Part shown: piece after piece, positions 17,985 to 26,890 of the stretch
Layout: the number at the start of each line of letters is the position of its first letter
Numbering within the stretch: position 1 is the first letter of the stretch
The notes under the pieces: generated by a model
Told to the model about the DNA's origin: nothing
Seen by the model: only the letters and a program-made list of their open reading frames with translations
Database searches by the model: none
Translations under genes and position numbers: made by a program
Source: Candidatus Peregrinibacteria bacterium GW2011_GWF2_39_17
GTDB lineage: Bacteria; Patescibacteriota; Gracilibacteria; UBA1369; UBA12473
Length of the DNA: 64,000 nucleotides
NCBI GenBank assembly: GCA_000993615.1
Contig: LBWM01000001.1
Coordinates: 23,970 to 87,969, forward strand
Direction of reading: 5' to 3'

Positions 17985-19205
17985 TTGAATAATGATTTCC
18001 TTAAAATTTTGATTGTCAGTGAAACCTACCCCCCTGACTTAAACGGAGCTGCTATTTTTACGCAAAGATTGGCTGAAGGACTAGCTAGGCGTGGGCACCA
18101 AGTACGCGTTTTAGGGCCAAGTAACGATTTTACCGATAAACAAAAAATTGAAAATTATGGGGTGGGAATTTATCGATTTAAATCAATCGGGATTAAGCCG
18201 ATTCATCCCTATTTTAGAGTTATTTACAGGCCAGGAATTAATCGTAAAATTAAGAATTATATTGAGGATTTTAAACCAGATATTATTCATATTCAAAATC
18301 ACTTTATTTTAGGTCGGGCTGCTTTAAATGCAGCCCAGGAGCTCGATATTCCCATAATCGGCACCAACCACTTTATGCCCGAAAATTTAATTCAATACTT
18401 ACCCGGATTGTTAATTGGTCGAATTTCTCAATTAATGTGGGAGGATTTTTTAAGAGTTTACAACAAATTGGCCTATGTTACGGCTCCTTCAAATGCAGCC
18501 ATAAAAATTGTTAAAAATTTAGGGTTAACTGTCCCTATACAGGTTATTTCCAATGGGATTGATTTGGCTAAATTTAAAAAACGCGTGGTTCCGTCTTCTT
18601 TTTCGCATCAATATAAGATCGATTTTAGGTTACCTTTGTTTTTGTTTGTCGGGCGCCTGGAAAAAGATAAAAATATTGAACTATTGCTTATGGCCATTAA
18701 GCAGGTACTGAAAACTCAAAAAGTAAGAATGATTTTGGTGGGGTGTGGGAAAAACGAACTTGAGTTTAAGGCTTTATCTAAAGAACTAGGACTGGAAGAG
18801 TACGTTACTTTTGCAGGGCGAGTTTCTGATGAAGATTTGTTGAATTTTTACAGTATAGCCAATGTTTATATGGCGACTGGTGTGGCCGAACTGCAGGGAT
18901 TAGCGGTGATGGAGGCCATGGCTTCTGAATTGCCGATTTTGGCAATTAATGCCGTGGCCTTGCCTGAATTAGTTCGCAATGAGGTTAATGGATTTTTGTT
19001 TGAGCCAAATGAGCACGATTTTGCCCAAAAAATGATTCGGATGCTTTCGTTAAAACCTGGTGCTTTAAAACAAATGGGTGAAAATAGCCTTAAAATTATT
19101 AAAAAACATGATGCGGGGAAAACCTATGTGGCTTTTGAGAAATTGTATAGATTGATTCAGGAATCAGCTCTTAATCTTAATTCATTACGTTTTCCCTCTA
19201 AATGA
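17985..19205 (+). CDS. Glycosyltransferase family 4 (GT-B fold)
   Basis: N-terminal ILIVSETYPPDLNGAAIF. C-terminal E-x7-E-like motif AELQGLAVMEAMASELPILA...ELV. TTG start at 17985; there is no in-frame ATG nearby. Confidence 0.8.
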   Translation: MNNDFLKILIVSETYPPDLNGAAIFTQRLAEGLARRGHQVRVLGPSNDFTDKQKIENYGVGIYRFKSIGIKPIHPYFRVIYRPGINRKIKNYIEDFKPDIIHIQNHFILGRAALNAAQELDIPIIGTNHFMPENLIQYLPGLLIGRISQLMWEDFLRVYNKLAYVTAPSNAAIKIVKNLGLTVPIQVISNGIDLAKFKKRVVPSSFSHQYKIDFRLPLFLFVGRLEKDKNIELLLMAIKQVLKTQKVRMILVGCGKNELEFKALSKELGLEEYVTFAGRVSDEDLLNFYSIANVYMATGVAELQGLAVMEAMASELPILAINAVALPELVRNEVNGFLFEPNEHDFAQKMIRMLSLKPGALKQMGENSLKIIKKHDAGKTYVAFEKLYRLIQESALNLNSLRFPSK

Positions 19206-19239
19206 GTTTTTTAAGCTCCCTTCCTGCGGCGATTGCTAA

Positions 19240-19795
19240 CGTAACACAGCCAGCGTGAGCTGGCGGATGAAGTAGTTCCGGCATCTTCTTTGTCATGGTA
19301 GATTTTAGATATGGTTGAATATCGAAAGCAGACGAATTGTGTGTATCACTGTAATTATCATTTGGTGTTGGTGACAAAATATCGACGAGAGATATTGAAT
19401 GAGGGGATTTTTAGGTATATGGGAGAGTGCTTGAAAGCGATGAATCAATACCATCCGGAAGTCGATATTTTGGAAATGAATCACGATAAGGATCATGTGC
19501 ATTTGCTTGTGTCGATACCACCGAAGATGAGTGTGGGTAGTGTTGTGAGGATTTTAAAAAGCAATACGGCACGTGATTTAAAGAAGAAGTTTAAATTTTT
19601 GAAAGATGTGTACTGGGGTACAGATAGTGTTTGGAGCGGAGGTTATTTTGTTTCAACTGTTGGAGTGAATGAGGAAGTTATTCGGCGGTACATTGAGATG
19701 CAGGGCAAAGAAGATGCCGGACAAGCGAAGCTTGATTTGTAGCATAGCTACGGCGAAGCCATTGAAACCGCCTGCGTAAGCTGGCGGTTTTTCAT
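19240..19795 (+). mobile_element. IS200/IS605-family insertion sequence (TnpA only, no tnpB)
   Basis: Y1 HUH transposase ORF flanked by subterminal hairpins: left GCCAGC-GTGA-GCTGGC (19249-19264), right AAACCGCCTGC-GTAA-GCTGGCGGTTT (19765-19790, with a T.T mismatch). Exact element ends cannot be set without a second copy. Confidence 0.75.
19311..19742 (+). CDS. tnpA: IS200/IS605-family Y1 (HUH) transposase TnpA
   Basis: 143 aa. YHLVLVTKYRR. HUH motif DHVHLLVSIPP. Catalytic Tyr region WSGGYFVSTVG. Confidence 0.9.
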   Translation: MVEYRKQTNCVYHCNYHLVLVTKYRREILNEGIFRYMGECLKAMNQYHPEVDILEMNHDKDHVHLLVSIPPKMSVGSVVRILKSNTARDLKKKFKFLKDVYWGTDSVWSGGYFVSTVGVNEEVIRRYIEMQGKEDAGQAKLDL

Positions 19796-19798
19796 GTC

Positions 19799-19963
19799 GT
19801 TTTTAGAAATGTTACTACTTGGCATAAAAAAATTAACACCATATTTGTGGGATTATTGTTTATTTTAGCTATTGGGTTTAGTCGGTTGTATTTAGGAGTT
19901 CATTTTTGGAGTGATGTAGACAAAAAGCAATGCCTTATGCTAAATTTCTTTCCTATTTTGTAA
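19799..19963 (+). pseudogene. Remnant of a PAP2-family phosphatase gene (C-terminal fragment)
   Basis: Frame 2 reads ...TIFVGLLFILAIGFSRLYLGVHFWSDV..., which matches the PAP2 C3 motif SRxxxxxHxxxD preceded by a TM helix. There is no start codon and no upstream KxxxxxxRP or PSGH motif. The frame opens only at 19766, inside the IS right end. Confidence 0.5.
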
Positions 19964-20175
19964 TCATATTTCAAATGCCAGCACAAACAGAAGGATTAAC
20001 TAAGGGCGCAGAGGGGGGGCAGACAAGAATTCCAGAAAATTTAAGGGAAGTCGGTTTAAAGTATGCCATTAGAGATTGGGAAGATGGCAATTTATCCCCG
20101 GAAGATAAGGACGCATTCACCAGGAGATTATTGGACGCGATTTCTGTGAATAGCGGCCGGAGAGAAGAGAAATAG
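19930..20175 (+). CDS. small hypothetical protein (81 aa from 19930, or 66 aa from the Met at 19975)
   Basis: ORF only, no motif recognised. Its 5' part overlaps the PAP2 remnant in another frame and it contains a G7 run. Confidence 0.3.
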   Translation: MPYAKFLSYFVIIFQMPAQTEGLTKGAEGGQTRIPENLREVGLKYAIRDWEDGNLSPEDKDAFTRRLLDAISVNSGRREEK

Positions 20176-20188
20176 CTGAAAATTTCCC

Positions 20189-22444
20189 CTACACAATAGG
20201 AGCTGCAAATTCTTCTTCCCCTGTTTGCTCGGAGGTTTGATTAGTGTTGGTTGCTTCATCCGATGTTCCTTCTGTCCATGCTTTTAAAACTTTTTCAACT
20301 TCGGCCACGGGTCTTGCATATTGAGATCTTGAATAATCGATAATTTCTCGGTAAATATTTTGGTCTAAAGTTGGAATATTCACTGTTCTTCCGGAAAAAG
20401 CATCTGTTACTTCTCCGTCAATTGACATTTTAATGTACATTTCGCGAACTCCCAGATTAATAATGTCTCTCACGAAAAAGCGCGGGGTGTATTCTTTTTC
20501 CAAAACCACGGCATCCTCGGCTCCTACTCGAAAATTAATAATCGAACCTACATTACCAAAAACCGTTGTTTTTACTAGATCCGTAAGTTGGCCCATATAC
20601 TGGTGAGCCATGGTTAAATTAAGTCGATATTTGCGTGCTTCAGAAAGGATTTCCGCAAAAGTGTCAGTGGCAAAATACTGAAATTCATCACAATATAAAT
20701 AAAAATCTTTGCGCTGTTCTTCTGGGGTATCCGCTCTTTCCATGGCTGCTTGTTGGATTTTGGTAACCATCATGGCACCAATTAATCCGCAATTTTCTTC
20801 TCCCAACTTCCCCTTGGAGATTTTCATAAGGAGAATCTTTTCTTTATCCATAATGCTCCGAATATCGATTTTATTTTCCGGCTGAGCTACGATATTTCGG
20901 ATTAAATCCGTAGATACAAATTGTCCAACCTTGTTAAGGAGTGGCATAATTGCTTCATTGTCAAATTTTTCACTCCAACCAGCAAATTCATTAACCCAAA
21001 AGTTTTTAATCACAGAATCCTGAATATTGGCCACGATTTTTTGTCGATAATTTTTATCTGATAACATTTTTAAAATCGATAAAATGGTGGTATTTGGCGT
21101 ATCTAAAAGAGCTAAAGTAGTGTAGCGCAGCACATGTTCTAGGCGTGGAGTCCAATTAGCTCCAAATAATTTTTTAAAAACTTCCACAAAGCCAATCGTT
21201 ACCCTGATTCGGTATTCGCGCGGCACACTAGCTAAAGGATTAAAAGCAATCGGATATTGGATATCTCCCGGATCGAAAACAATAACGTCTTTTTTGCGTG
21301 ATTCTGGGATATAGCGCAAGACATTGTCTACCAGGTCACCATGCGGATCAAGTACCCCAATCCCTTTTCCAGCTTGAATATCCGCATTAATTAAAAGTTC
21401 CAAAAGCTTACTCTTGCCGGTCCCGCTTTTGCCCACAATATAGAGATGACGGCGACGGTCAACACGCTTAATGCCAAAGGGAATATTTTGATTGTGATAA
21501 TTTGTGGTGCCAAAAACAGAAAGTTCGTTCGGTCCAAGAGCCTCGGCCTTTGGTAAGCTGTCCGGCGGTTCTTTTTTGCGCGAAACCACGTGCACAATAT
21601 GCGGTACATCATCTGGTTGCGGATAGTGGTAAATACTCGCTAATTCCTCGGTGTTAAAAATAAATGCTTTTTCATGTTCGGCTTTGAGATATTTAGAAAT
21701 AAAGGTTTTTTTATTGGCATTTGAGGAAGTAAAACTATTAAAATCCGTAGTATTGAATTGGTTGAAAATTCGCTTAAAACCATCTAATTTATTATCAGCA
21801 ATGGCTTGAGTCTGGGCTAAATAAGCAATACGAATACTAATCTTGAAAACATTTTTTTCCGCTTTTTTATTTATAGCGGTTTTTTCGTCTTCTTTTAAAG
21901 CGGTTTTACCTTTTAATTTAAAATAATCGCGTAGCCTGAAAATATTTTTAAAATTAATTAATTTAATATTGAGTTTTCTGGAAATATTAAGTTTCCAATC
22001 TTCCTCCATGGAAGTAGCCACTACCTGGATCCAAATGCCTTCTCCTTCTGAGGCTTTGGATAACACCGAAAAAACACCAGCCAAGGAATCTCCTTCGCAT
22101 TCTTTATAAGTTTTAATGGGATAAATATCGTTACGACCTAAATAAATATCAGCCCCGGCAAAGCCTCGTCCTGAATTTAGAATATCAGTGGTAACGTAAT
22201 CCTTTACCTCGAAAATTTCTGCATCGGAATATTTCCCATAAATTTGTCCTTCAACCACGCTTTTTACGTCAGCCTTAACCCGCACATAAAAATAAATGTG
22301 CTGATGCATGGATACCAGCTCAAAAGTTACATCTGCTCCGGTCATTACTTCATGTAAATTATCTACCAATTGCTCAAAAGAGGCTGCATCATTAATTCCA
22401 GGTGGAATTTTTACCAAGAGAAGATGGGTGCTGGTCGCTGACAT
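20189..22444 (-). CDS. TraD/VirD4-like (type IV coupling protein-like) P-loop ATPase with a ~330-aa N-terminal domain of unknown function
   Basis: Walker A YIVGKSGTGKSKLL. Walker B FYLYCDEFQYFA. TraD/TraG-type C-terminal ATPase region (ARKYRLNLTMAHQYMGQL). No TM helices. Start taken at MSATSTHLLL (ATG 22442-22444) rather than the upstream start at 22504. Confidence 0.75.
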   Translation of the reverse strand: MSATSTHLLLVKIPPGINDAASFEQLVDNLHEVMTGADVTFELVSMHQHIYFYVRVKADVKSVVEGQIYGKYSDAEIFEVKDYVTTDILNSGRGFAGADIYLGRNDIYPIKTYKECEGDSLAGVFSVLSKASEGEGIWIQVVATSMEEDWKLNISRKLNIKLINFKNIFRLRDYFKLKGKTALKEDEKTAINKKAEKNVFKISIRIAYLAQTQAIADNKLDGFKRIFNQFNTTDFNSFTSSNANKKTFISKYLKAEHEKAFIFNTEELASIYHYPQPDDVPHIVHVVSRKKEPPDSLPKAEALGPNELSVFGTTNYHNQNIPFGIKRVDRRRHLYIVGKSGTGKSKLLELLINADIQAGKGIGVLDPHGDLVDNVLRYIPESRKKDVIVFDPGDIQYPIAFNPLASVPREYRIRVTIGFVEVFKKLFGANWTPRLEHVLRYTTLALLDTPNTTILSILKMLSDKNYRQKIVANIQDSVIKNFWVNEFAGWSEKFDNEAIMPLLNKVGQFVSTDLIRNIVAQPENKIDIRSIMDKEKILLMKISKGKLGEENCGLIGAMMVTKIQQAAMERADTPEEQRKDFYLYCDEFQYFATDTFAEILSEARKYRLNLTMAHQYMGQLTDLVKTTVFGNVGSIINFRVGAEDAVVLEKEYTPRFFVRDIINLGVREMYIKMSIDGEVTDAFSGRTVNIPTLDQNIYREIIDYSRSQYARPVAEVEKVLKAWTEGTSDEATNTNQTSEQTGEEEFAAPIV

Positions 22445-22568
22445 AATGGCTTTTTTATGCGGATTTACAAAGTTTATTATAAGAGAAAGACTAAACAGGG
22501 TCAATAAATCCGGTCATTGGTTCGATTATGGGAAAAGGCGATTAGTTCGTAATTTTATTTAGCCGTTT

Positions 22569-23015
22569 TTATTCCAATAATTTTGCCAGTTCTTTTTTAA
22601 ATGATTCTACGTCCTTAAATTGGCGGTAGACTGAGGCAAAACGAATATAGGCTACCTCGTCGATTTTTTTTAGGCCATCCATAATCCCTTTGCCAATTAG
22701 TTTAGTGGGGATTTCCTTGCCATGTGCGCTCCATTTGTCTTCTAGGTTATTTAAAAGCGCTTCAATTTGAGCTTCGGTAACTGGTCTTTTCTCGCACGAT
22801 TTCCAAATTCCCGATTCAATTTTTTCTCTTTGGTATGGCTCTCTGGAGCCATCTTTTTTTATAACCACAAAATGGGCTGCTTCAATGTGTTCAAAAGTAG
22901 TAAAACGAAAAGCGCAAGATTCGCATTCTCTTCGCCGTCGAATTTGGCGGCTAAAGTTGGTGTCACGTGAGTCAATAACGCGTGTTTCCGATTTTTTACA
23001 TTTTGGGCAACGCAT
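22569..23015 (-). CDS. nrdR: Transcriptional repressor NrdR
   Basis: MRCPKCKKSETRVIDSR...CESC zinc ribbon followed by an ATP-cone. 148 aa. Confidence 0.92.
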   Translation of the reverse strand: MRCPKCKKSETRVIDSRDTNFSRQIRRRRECESCAFRFTTFEHIEAAHFVVIKKDGSREPYQREKIESGIWKSCEKRPVTEAQIEALLNNLEDKWSAHGKEIPTKLIGKGIMDGLKKIDEVAYIRFASVYRQFKDVESFKKELAKLLE

Positions 23016-23075
23016 AAATTTTAATCCGTAAGAATTGAGGAAAAGCTGAAAGCAAATTTATTTTATCTTAATTTA

Positions 23076-23112
23076 ATAAAAAAGTCCCCAAAGTAGGTTT
23101 AGTTTTGGGGAC
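23076..23112 (-). terminator. Intrinsic terminator after the surface-paralog operon
   Basis: On the minus strand: GTCCCCAAA-(11 nt loop)-TTTGGGGAC followed by TTTTTT. It also has a T-run on the plus strand, so it is potentially bidirectional. Confidence 0.8.
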
Positions 23113-23144
23113 AAAATTTTTGCTAATTTTTAGAAAAGATTTTT

Positions 23145-23933
23145 CTAAGGAAAAGTTACCGTGTCTAACTTAATTGAAGCAGCAGCAGTGGGAAGTCCGT
23201 ATGTTGCGGGGGCTAGACTGTCAGGATAAGCTGAATTGAGGTAAGTTTTTCCTGCTTGTAAAATAAAACGAGAATTAGTTTTATTTACTTCATTATAGTC
23301 AGAACCAGATACTGGGCCTGGGCCGCTGGTAGTAATGGCGTCCCCAACAAGGCTAACTGTAATTTGAGGCGTACCTGTTACTACTTGCCCGAAAGGAGTT
23401 TCCATCTCCAGGACGGCAAGGGTTGTAGCGGCACTAAATGTTTTAGTTTCGCTAGGCAGTAAACTTATTGGAGAGTTTAGCGAAAAGGCAACATAACCAT
23501 TACTATCTCCATTTGAATAGGAAAGGATTTTATTGTCAGTGGACATCAATTGCCAACCATTTGGTTTTGTTAAATAAGACGCATTTAACCATTCTTGGGT
23601 AAATTGGGCCGTTATTTTATAAATTTTAATTTCTTCCGCATAATGATTAGCGATTTTAAAATTATAAACCTTAGTAGCAGGAAGAGCTGCCCCGTTTACT
23701 GAAGTTAACGTAATCGAGGTATTGCCCGACATGCTAACTTCTAGGGCGCCTTTAATAGAGCTATCGAAAGCCTTTTGGTCTTTTTCGGATTGCGCTGAAG
23801 ATTTGTTATTGCTGCTAATTTTAGTTCTTCCTTGTAAATCGCTAAGGTTGTTAACCCCTAGTGCCACTGCTGCAACTATCATTACAGTGAGGAAGCCGTA
23901 TAAAAGGTGTTTGTATTTTGGGGAGTAAAACAT
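23145..23933 (-). CDS. Membrane-anchored surface protein, paralog family member 1
   Basis: By analogy with the two upstream paralogs the start is MFYSPKYKHLLYGFLTVMIVAAVALGVNNLSDLQGRTK (ATG 23931-23933); the ORF track extends it to 23984. Shares the VY-F-x-N...(I/V)YK(I/V)T beta-module with 23966..25198. Confidence 0.7.
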   Translation of the reverse strand: MFYSPKYKHLLYGFLTVMIVAAVALGVNNLSDLQGRTKISSNNKSSAQSEKDQKAFDSSIKGALEVSMSGNTSITLTSVNGAALPATKVYNFKIANHYAEEIKIYKITAQFTQEWLNASYLTKPNGWQLMSTDNKILSYSNGDSNGYVAFSLNSPISLLPSETKTFSAATTLAVLEMETPFGQVVTGTPQITVSLVGDAITTSGPGPVSGSDYNEVNKTNSRFILQAGKTYLNSAYPDSLAPATYGLPTAAASIKLDTVTFP

Positions 23934-23965
23934 ATAAAAAGAGGTAAAAGTTGTAATTAAAATTT

Positions 23966-25198
23966 TTAAAGTCCGCTCATCCAAGCACTAAGATCTTTGG
24001 TGCTAAGGATCTGGTCTGGTTTAAAGGTGTTGCCATATTCTTTGCCAATACCCTTTTCGTAAAGCGATTCGGTGTATCCGGCATAGGCATCTCCTTTTGG
24101 TACATCTGTCCAGTATCCAGAATAAGGAGGATTTAATTTATAAGCCATACTTATAATTCGAGCTGCTTCTTCGCGACTAACAGCTTTTTCCGGATGACAA
24201 TAACTATCAAGCGGTTGAACTAGCCAGCCTTGATGGATCGCATATTCAAAAGCTTGATAATATTCACTGGAGTGAGCGATATCTTTGGTACAATAATCCA
24301 TATAACTATTGTCTGCGATATTTAGATCTTGGTGAATTTGATTCAGAAAATCACCCATAGTTACTTCTACTATTGGTTCTTGGCAAAGTGCAGCGCTACC
24401 ACAAGAGGTAGTCGTGGTGCTGTCATTGCTTGGGAATCCTGCAAGGACAGAAGTGCCATTAATATTGTAAGCTGAGGTAAAGTAAACACCACTGGTTTCA
24501 TCAAAGAAAATAAGATTATTTTGATTAGTATTTAGGGTTTCCAGGCTAGTGGCAGAAGTTACGGCTAGTTCTCCGGCGGTAGCATCTTTAACTAATTTAG
24601 TGGCTATAGTGGCTTCATGCTTATAGGTATAACTGGACGGAATACTCAAGGTTGCGCTAACCACAAAATTTGCGGTTTCGTTTGGTTTTAAGGAAGTAGG
24701 AGATTCAAAAACAAACTGAATATTGCTATTATACAAAGTGCCGTAAGCTGTTTTTCTTTTACTAGTTAATGTCCAGGCATTTTCAGCGCTTAAGGTAGTA
24801 CCATCCCATTCTTTAGCTGCAAAATTGGCAGTTACTTTATAGACATCGACAATACCAGTGTGATGATTAGTCATGGAAAATTCGTAAACCGGAGTTGGCG
24901 AAGTACCATCATAATCCTCTGGGATATTTTGAGTCGCTGGGCTAACTTGTTTAACCTCAATCGCGTTAGTAAAAGAGGCGCTGGTTTGAGCAACGTTATT
25001 ATCAATTTGTTGTTGAATTTGATCTTGGGTTGAAGTTGGCTGGGTTGCTGATTGTTGAGCTGAAGGTGTTTGATTGTTTTTAATCCGAGTTGCGCCTTGT
25101 AAATTTTCAAGATTGCTGGCGCCTACCGCAATAGCTGTGATTATTACTACGGCTAAAGCGCCGAGTAAAAGGGATTTATGTTTTTGAGAGGTAAACAT
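23966..25198 (-). CDS. Membrane-anchored surface protein, paralog family member 2, with C-terminal SLH-like repeats
   Basis: N-terminus MFTSQKHKSLLLGALAVVIITAIAVGASNLENLQGATR. Module PVYEFSMTNHHTGIVDVYKVTANF. C-terminus ...AVSREEAARIISMAYKL...WTDVPKGDAYAGYTESLYEKGI resembles SLH. Confidence 0.75.
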   Translation of the reverse strand: MFTSQKHKSLLLGALAVVIITAIAVGASNLENLQGATRIKNNQTPSAQQSATQPTSTQDQIQQQIDNNVAQTSASFTNAIEVKQVSPATQNIPEDYDGTSPTPVYEFSMTNHHTGIVDVYKVTANFAAKEWDGTTLSAENAWTLTSKRKTAYGTLYNSNIQFVFESPTSLKPNETANFVVSATLSIPSSYTYKHEATIATKLVKDATAGELAVTSATSLETLNTNQNNLIFFDETSGVYFTSAYNINGTSVLAGFPSNDSTTTTSCGSAALCQEPIVEVTMGDFLNQIHQDLNIADNSYMDYCTKDIAHSSEYYQAFEYAIHQGWLVQPLDSYCHPEKAVSREEAARIISMAYKLNPPYSGYWTDVPKGDAYAGYTESLYEKGIGKEYGNTFKPDQILSTKDLSAWMSGL

Positions 25199-25239
25199 AA
25201 GGTAAAGGGGTTAGAGATAAATAGAAAATAAGTAAAAAA

Positions 25240-26754
25240 TTAGTTTAAAACTTTTTGAGTAGAGGAAACTCGGCAACTAGAATCATTTGCCGGGCAAAGC
25301 AAGTCTAAATTTGCAGTTGGTAAATAATAAGCGCGATAACCATTTGTCCAGTCGGCAGTATTGGTTGGAGAATGCCCTGGGGCAGATATGTCAGACCAAA
25401 CTATGCCACCTGGGACATTGGCAGCGTAATTATTTGCGGAATGTTCTTTGGCGTTTTCTTGAATTAGGCGAGTGCTAACTGTGGCTTCTTGGCTACTCGA
25501 TTGATAGATTAAAGGTGCATTCAAGGCGTAATAACGAGTGGCTCCGCGGCTGATAATTCTTTCTTCTTCAAAAACAATAGTTACCTGCTTTGAAGTTGAA
25601 TCCCATGTTCCTGTTCCCAGAGCTTTACCGCCGACGATTTTGTCCCCGGTATAATCATACTCAGTGATATTAAAACCATTTGCTTGTTGGAGACTGGAAA
25701 GATTTAAGCCAGTTTCTTCAACATCGAACGTGACTTTATAAAGAGCCACATCACCCGCGTTATTAGCTACAACAGAGAAACAATAAATTGGCGTAGTGGC
25801 TTCATAAGCTGTTAATTTTCCATTTTGGGCGCAAGGCGAAAAGCTACTACTGAAATCTTCTTTATAAACAGGCAAACTCTGGTAAAGGGCTACTTGATTG
25901 GAATAAAGTTTATTGTCCGGGACTTTTAAGCGCGGAGAATCAGGGGTAACTGAGACTTTGGAAGTTTGTCCTGTAGCTAGAAAAGCATTTTTAACAAAAT
26001 CCAATTCGATTTGATCGCCAGAATTAGTGCCTTGCCCAATATTATTAGTGATAGCAAAAACTTTAAGGGTTACAGCCTTTTCGTCTCCGGTTGAAGCCGG
26101 AATCATAAAATTCAGGTTGGAAAAAGTGGCTACGCCGTTTTTTAGAACAGCGGAAGCCGCACCGTTAAGATTGGTTGGTGCACTTAAAGAAGTAGGATAA
26201 TGAATTACTACAGCCTCAACTGCTTTTTCATTGGTTTTATCTCCTTTAGCTAAAGATAAACTGGTAATTTTAAAGGATTCGCCATTGGCATATAGTTTAT
26301 AGTTAGCCACTGGAATTGGATTAGATGCAGAATCAGCTCCAGCCACGGCAATACTGTCAAAAATTGAATCCGTGGAATTATTGACATAAATTGTCCCCTC
26401 TCTTAAAGGGGCCGCATTTGATGTTTTGATGCTTGGAGTCGGAGGCGCTTCATCTAGTATTGGTTCTGCTGGTTCTTCAATTGGAGCTGGCTCCTCCTCA
26501 ATTGGAGCCGGGTCTTCGATTGGAGCTGAATTCTCCACTTTTCCACCGCCCCCACCATCGCTTGATATACCTTCATTAACTACGTTGTTAGCGCTAATAT
26601 CTTCAGATGTGGGCATTGATCCTGAGCTAGTAGATCCAAGTTTAACTTTTCCTTGAAATCTTAGTAAATCAGTGCCACCAAGTACTACAGCTACGATTAT
26701 GAATGTGATTACTGTTCCGTAAAGAAAGGTTTTTTGTTTGGATGAGATGATCAT
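25240..26754 (-). CDS. Membrane-anchored surface protein, paralog family member 3 (homologous to the C-terminal ~400 aa of the S-layer protein)
   Basis: N-terminus MIISSKQKTFLYGTVITFIIVAVVLGGTDLLRFQGKVK. PAPIEE repeats. YKLYANGESFKITSL, VIHYPTSL, VALYQSLPVY, IYCFSVVANNAGDVALYKVTFD and IVWSDIS align with the S-layer segments YKIYGNHEDFKVEEL, ILHYPSSL, VALYKTLPTF, VYCLQVSANANADVALYKLTFD and NVWSDMS. Confidence 0.8.
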   Translation of the reverse strand: MIISSKQKTFLYGTVITFIIVAVVLGGTDLLRFQGKVKLGSTSSGSMPTSEDISANNVVNEGISSDGGGGGKVENSAPIEDPAPIEEEPAPIEEPAEPILDEAPPTPSIKTSNAAPLREGTIYVNNSTDSIFDSIAVAGADSASNPIPVANYKLYANGESFKITSLSLAKGDKTNEKAVEAVVIHYPTSLSAPTNLNGAASAVLKNGVATFSNLNFMIPASTGDEKAVTLKVFAITNNIGQGTNSGDQIELDFVKNAFLATGQTSKVSVTPDSPRLKVPDNKLYSNQVALYQSLPVYKEDFSSSFSPCAQNGKLTAYEATTPIYCFSVVANNAGDVALYKVTFDVEETGLNLSSLQQANGFNITEYDYTGDKIVGGKALGTGTWDSTSKQVTIVFEEERIISRGATRYYALNAPLIYQSSSQEATVSTRLIQENAKEHSANNYAANVPGGIVWSDISAPGHSPTNTADWTNGYRAYYLPTANLDLLCPANDSSCRVSSTQKVLN

Positions 26755-26819
26755 AGATGTAATTTTTAGGATTTAAGAAAATTTAAAAATGCACAAATCA
26801 AATAATAGTAACATAAAAA

Positions 26820-26848
26820 TTGAAATAAGTCTAGAAAAATGCTACAAT
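26820..26848 (+). promoter_or_regulatory. Sigma70-type promoter for the prsW-like gene
   Basis: TTGAAA (26820-26825), a 17-nt spacer, then TACAAT (26843-26848). It lies 42 nt upstream of the ATG at 26891. Confidence 0.5.
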
Positions 26849-26890
26849 AATATAATTGCCAAGAAATCATAAAAATAAACAACAAAATTA

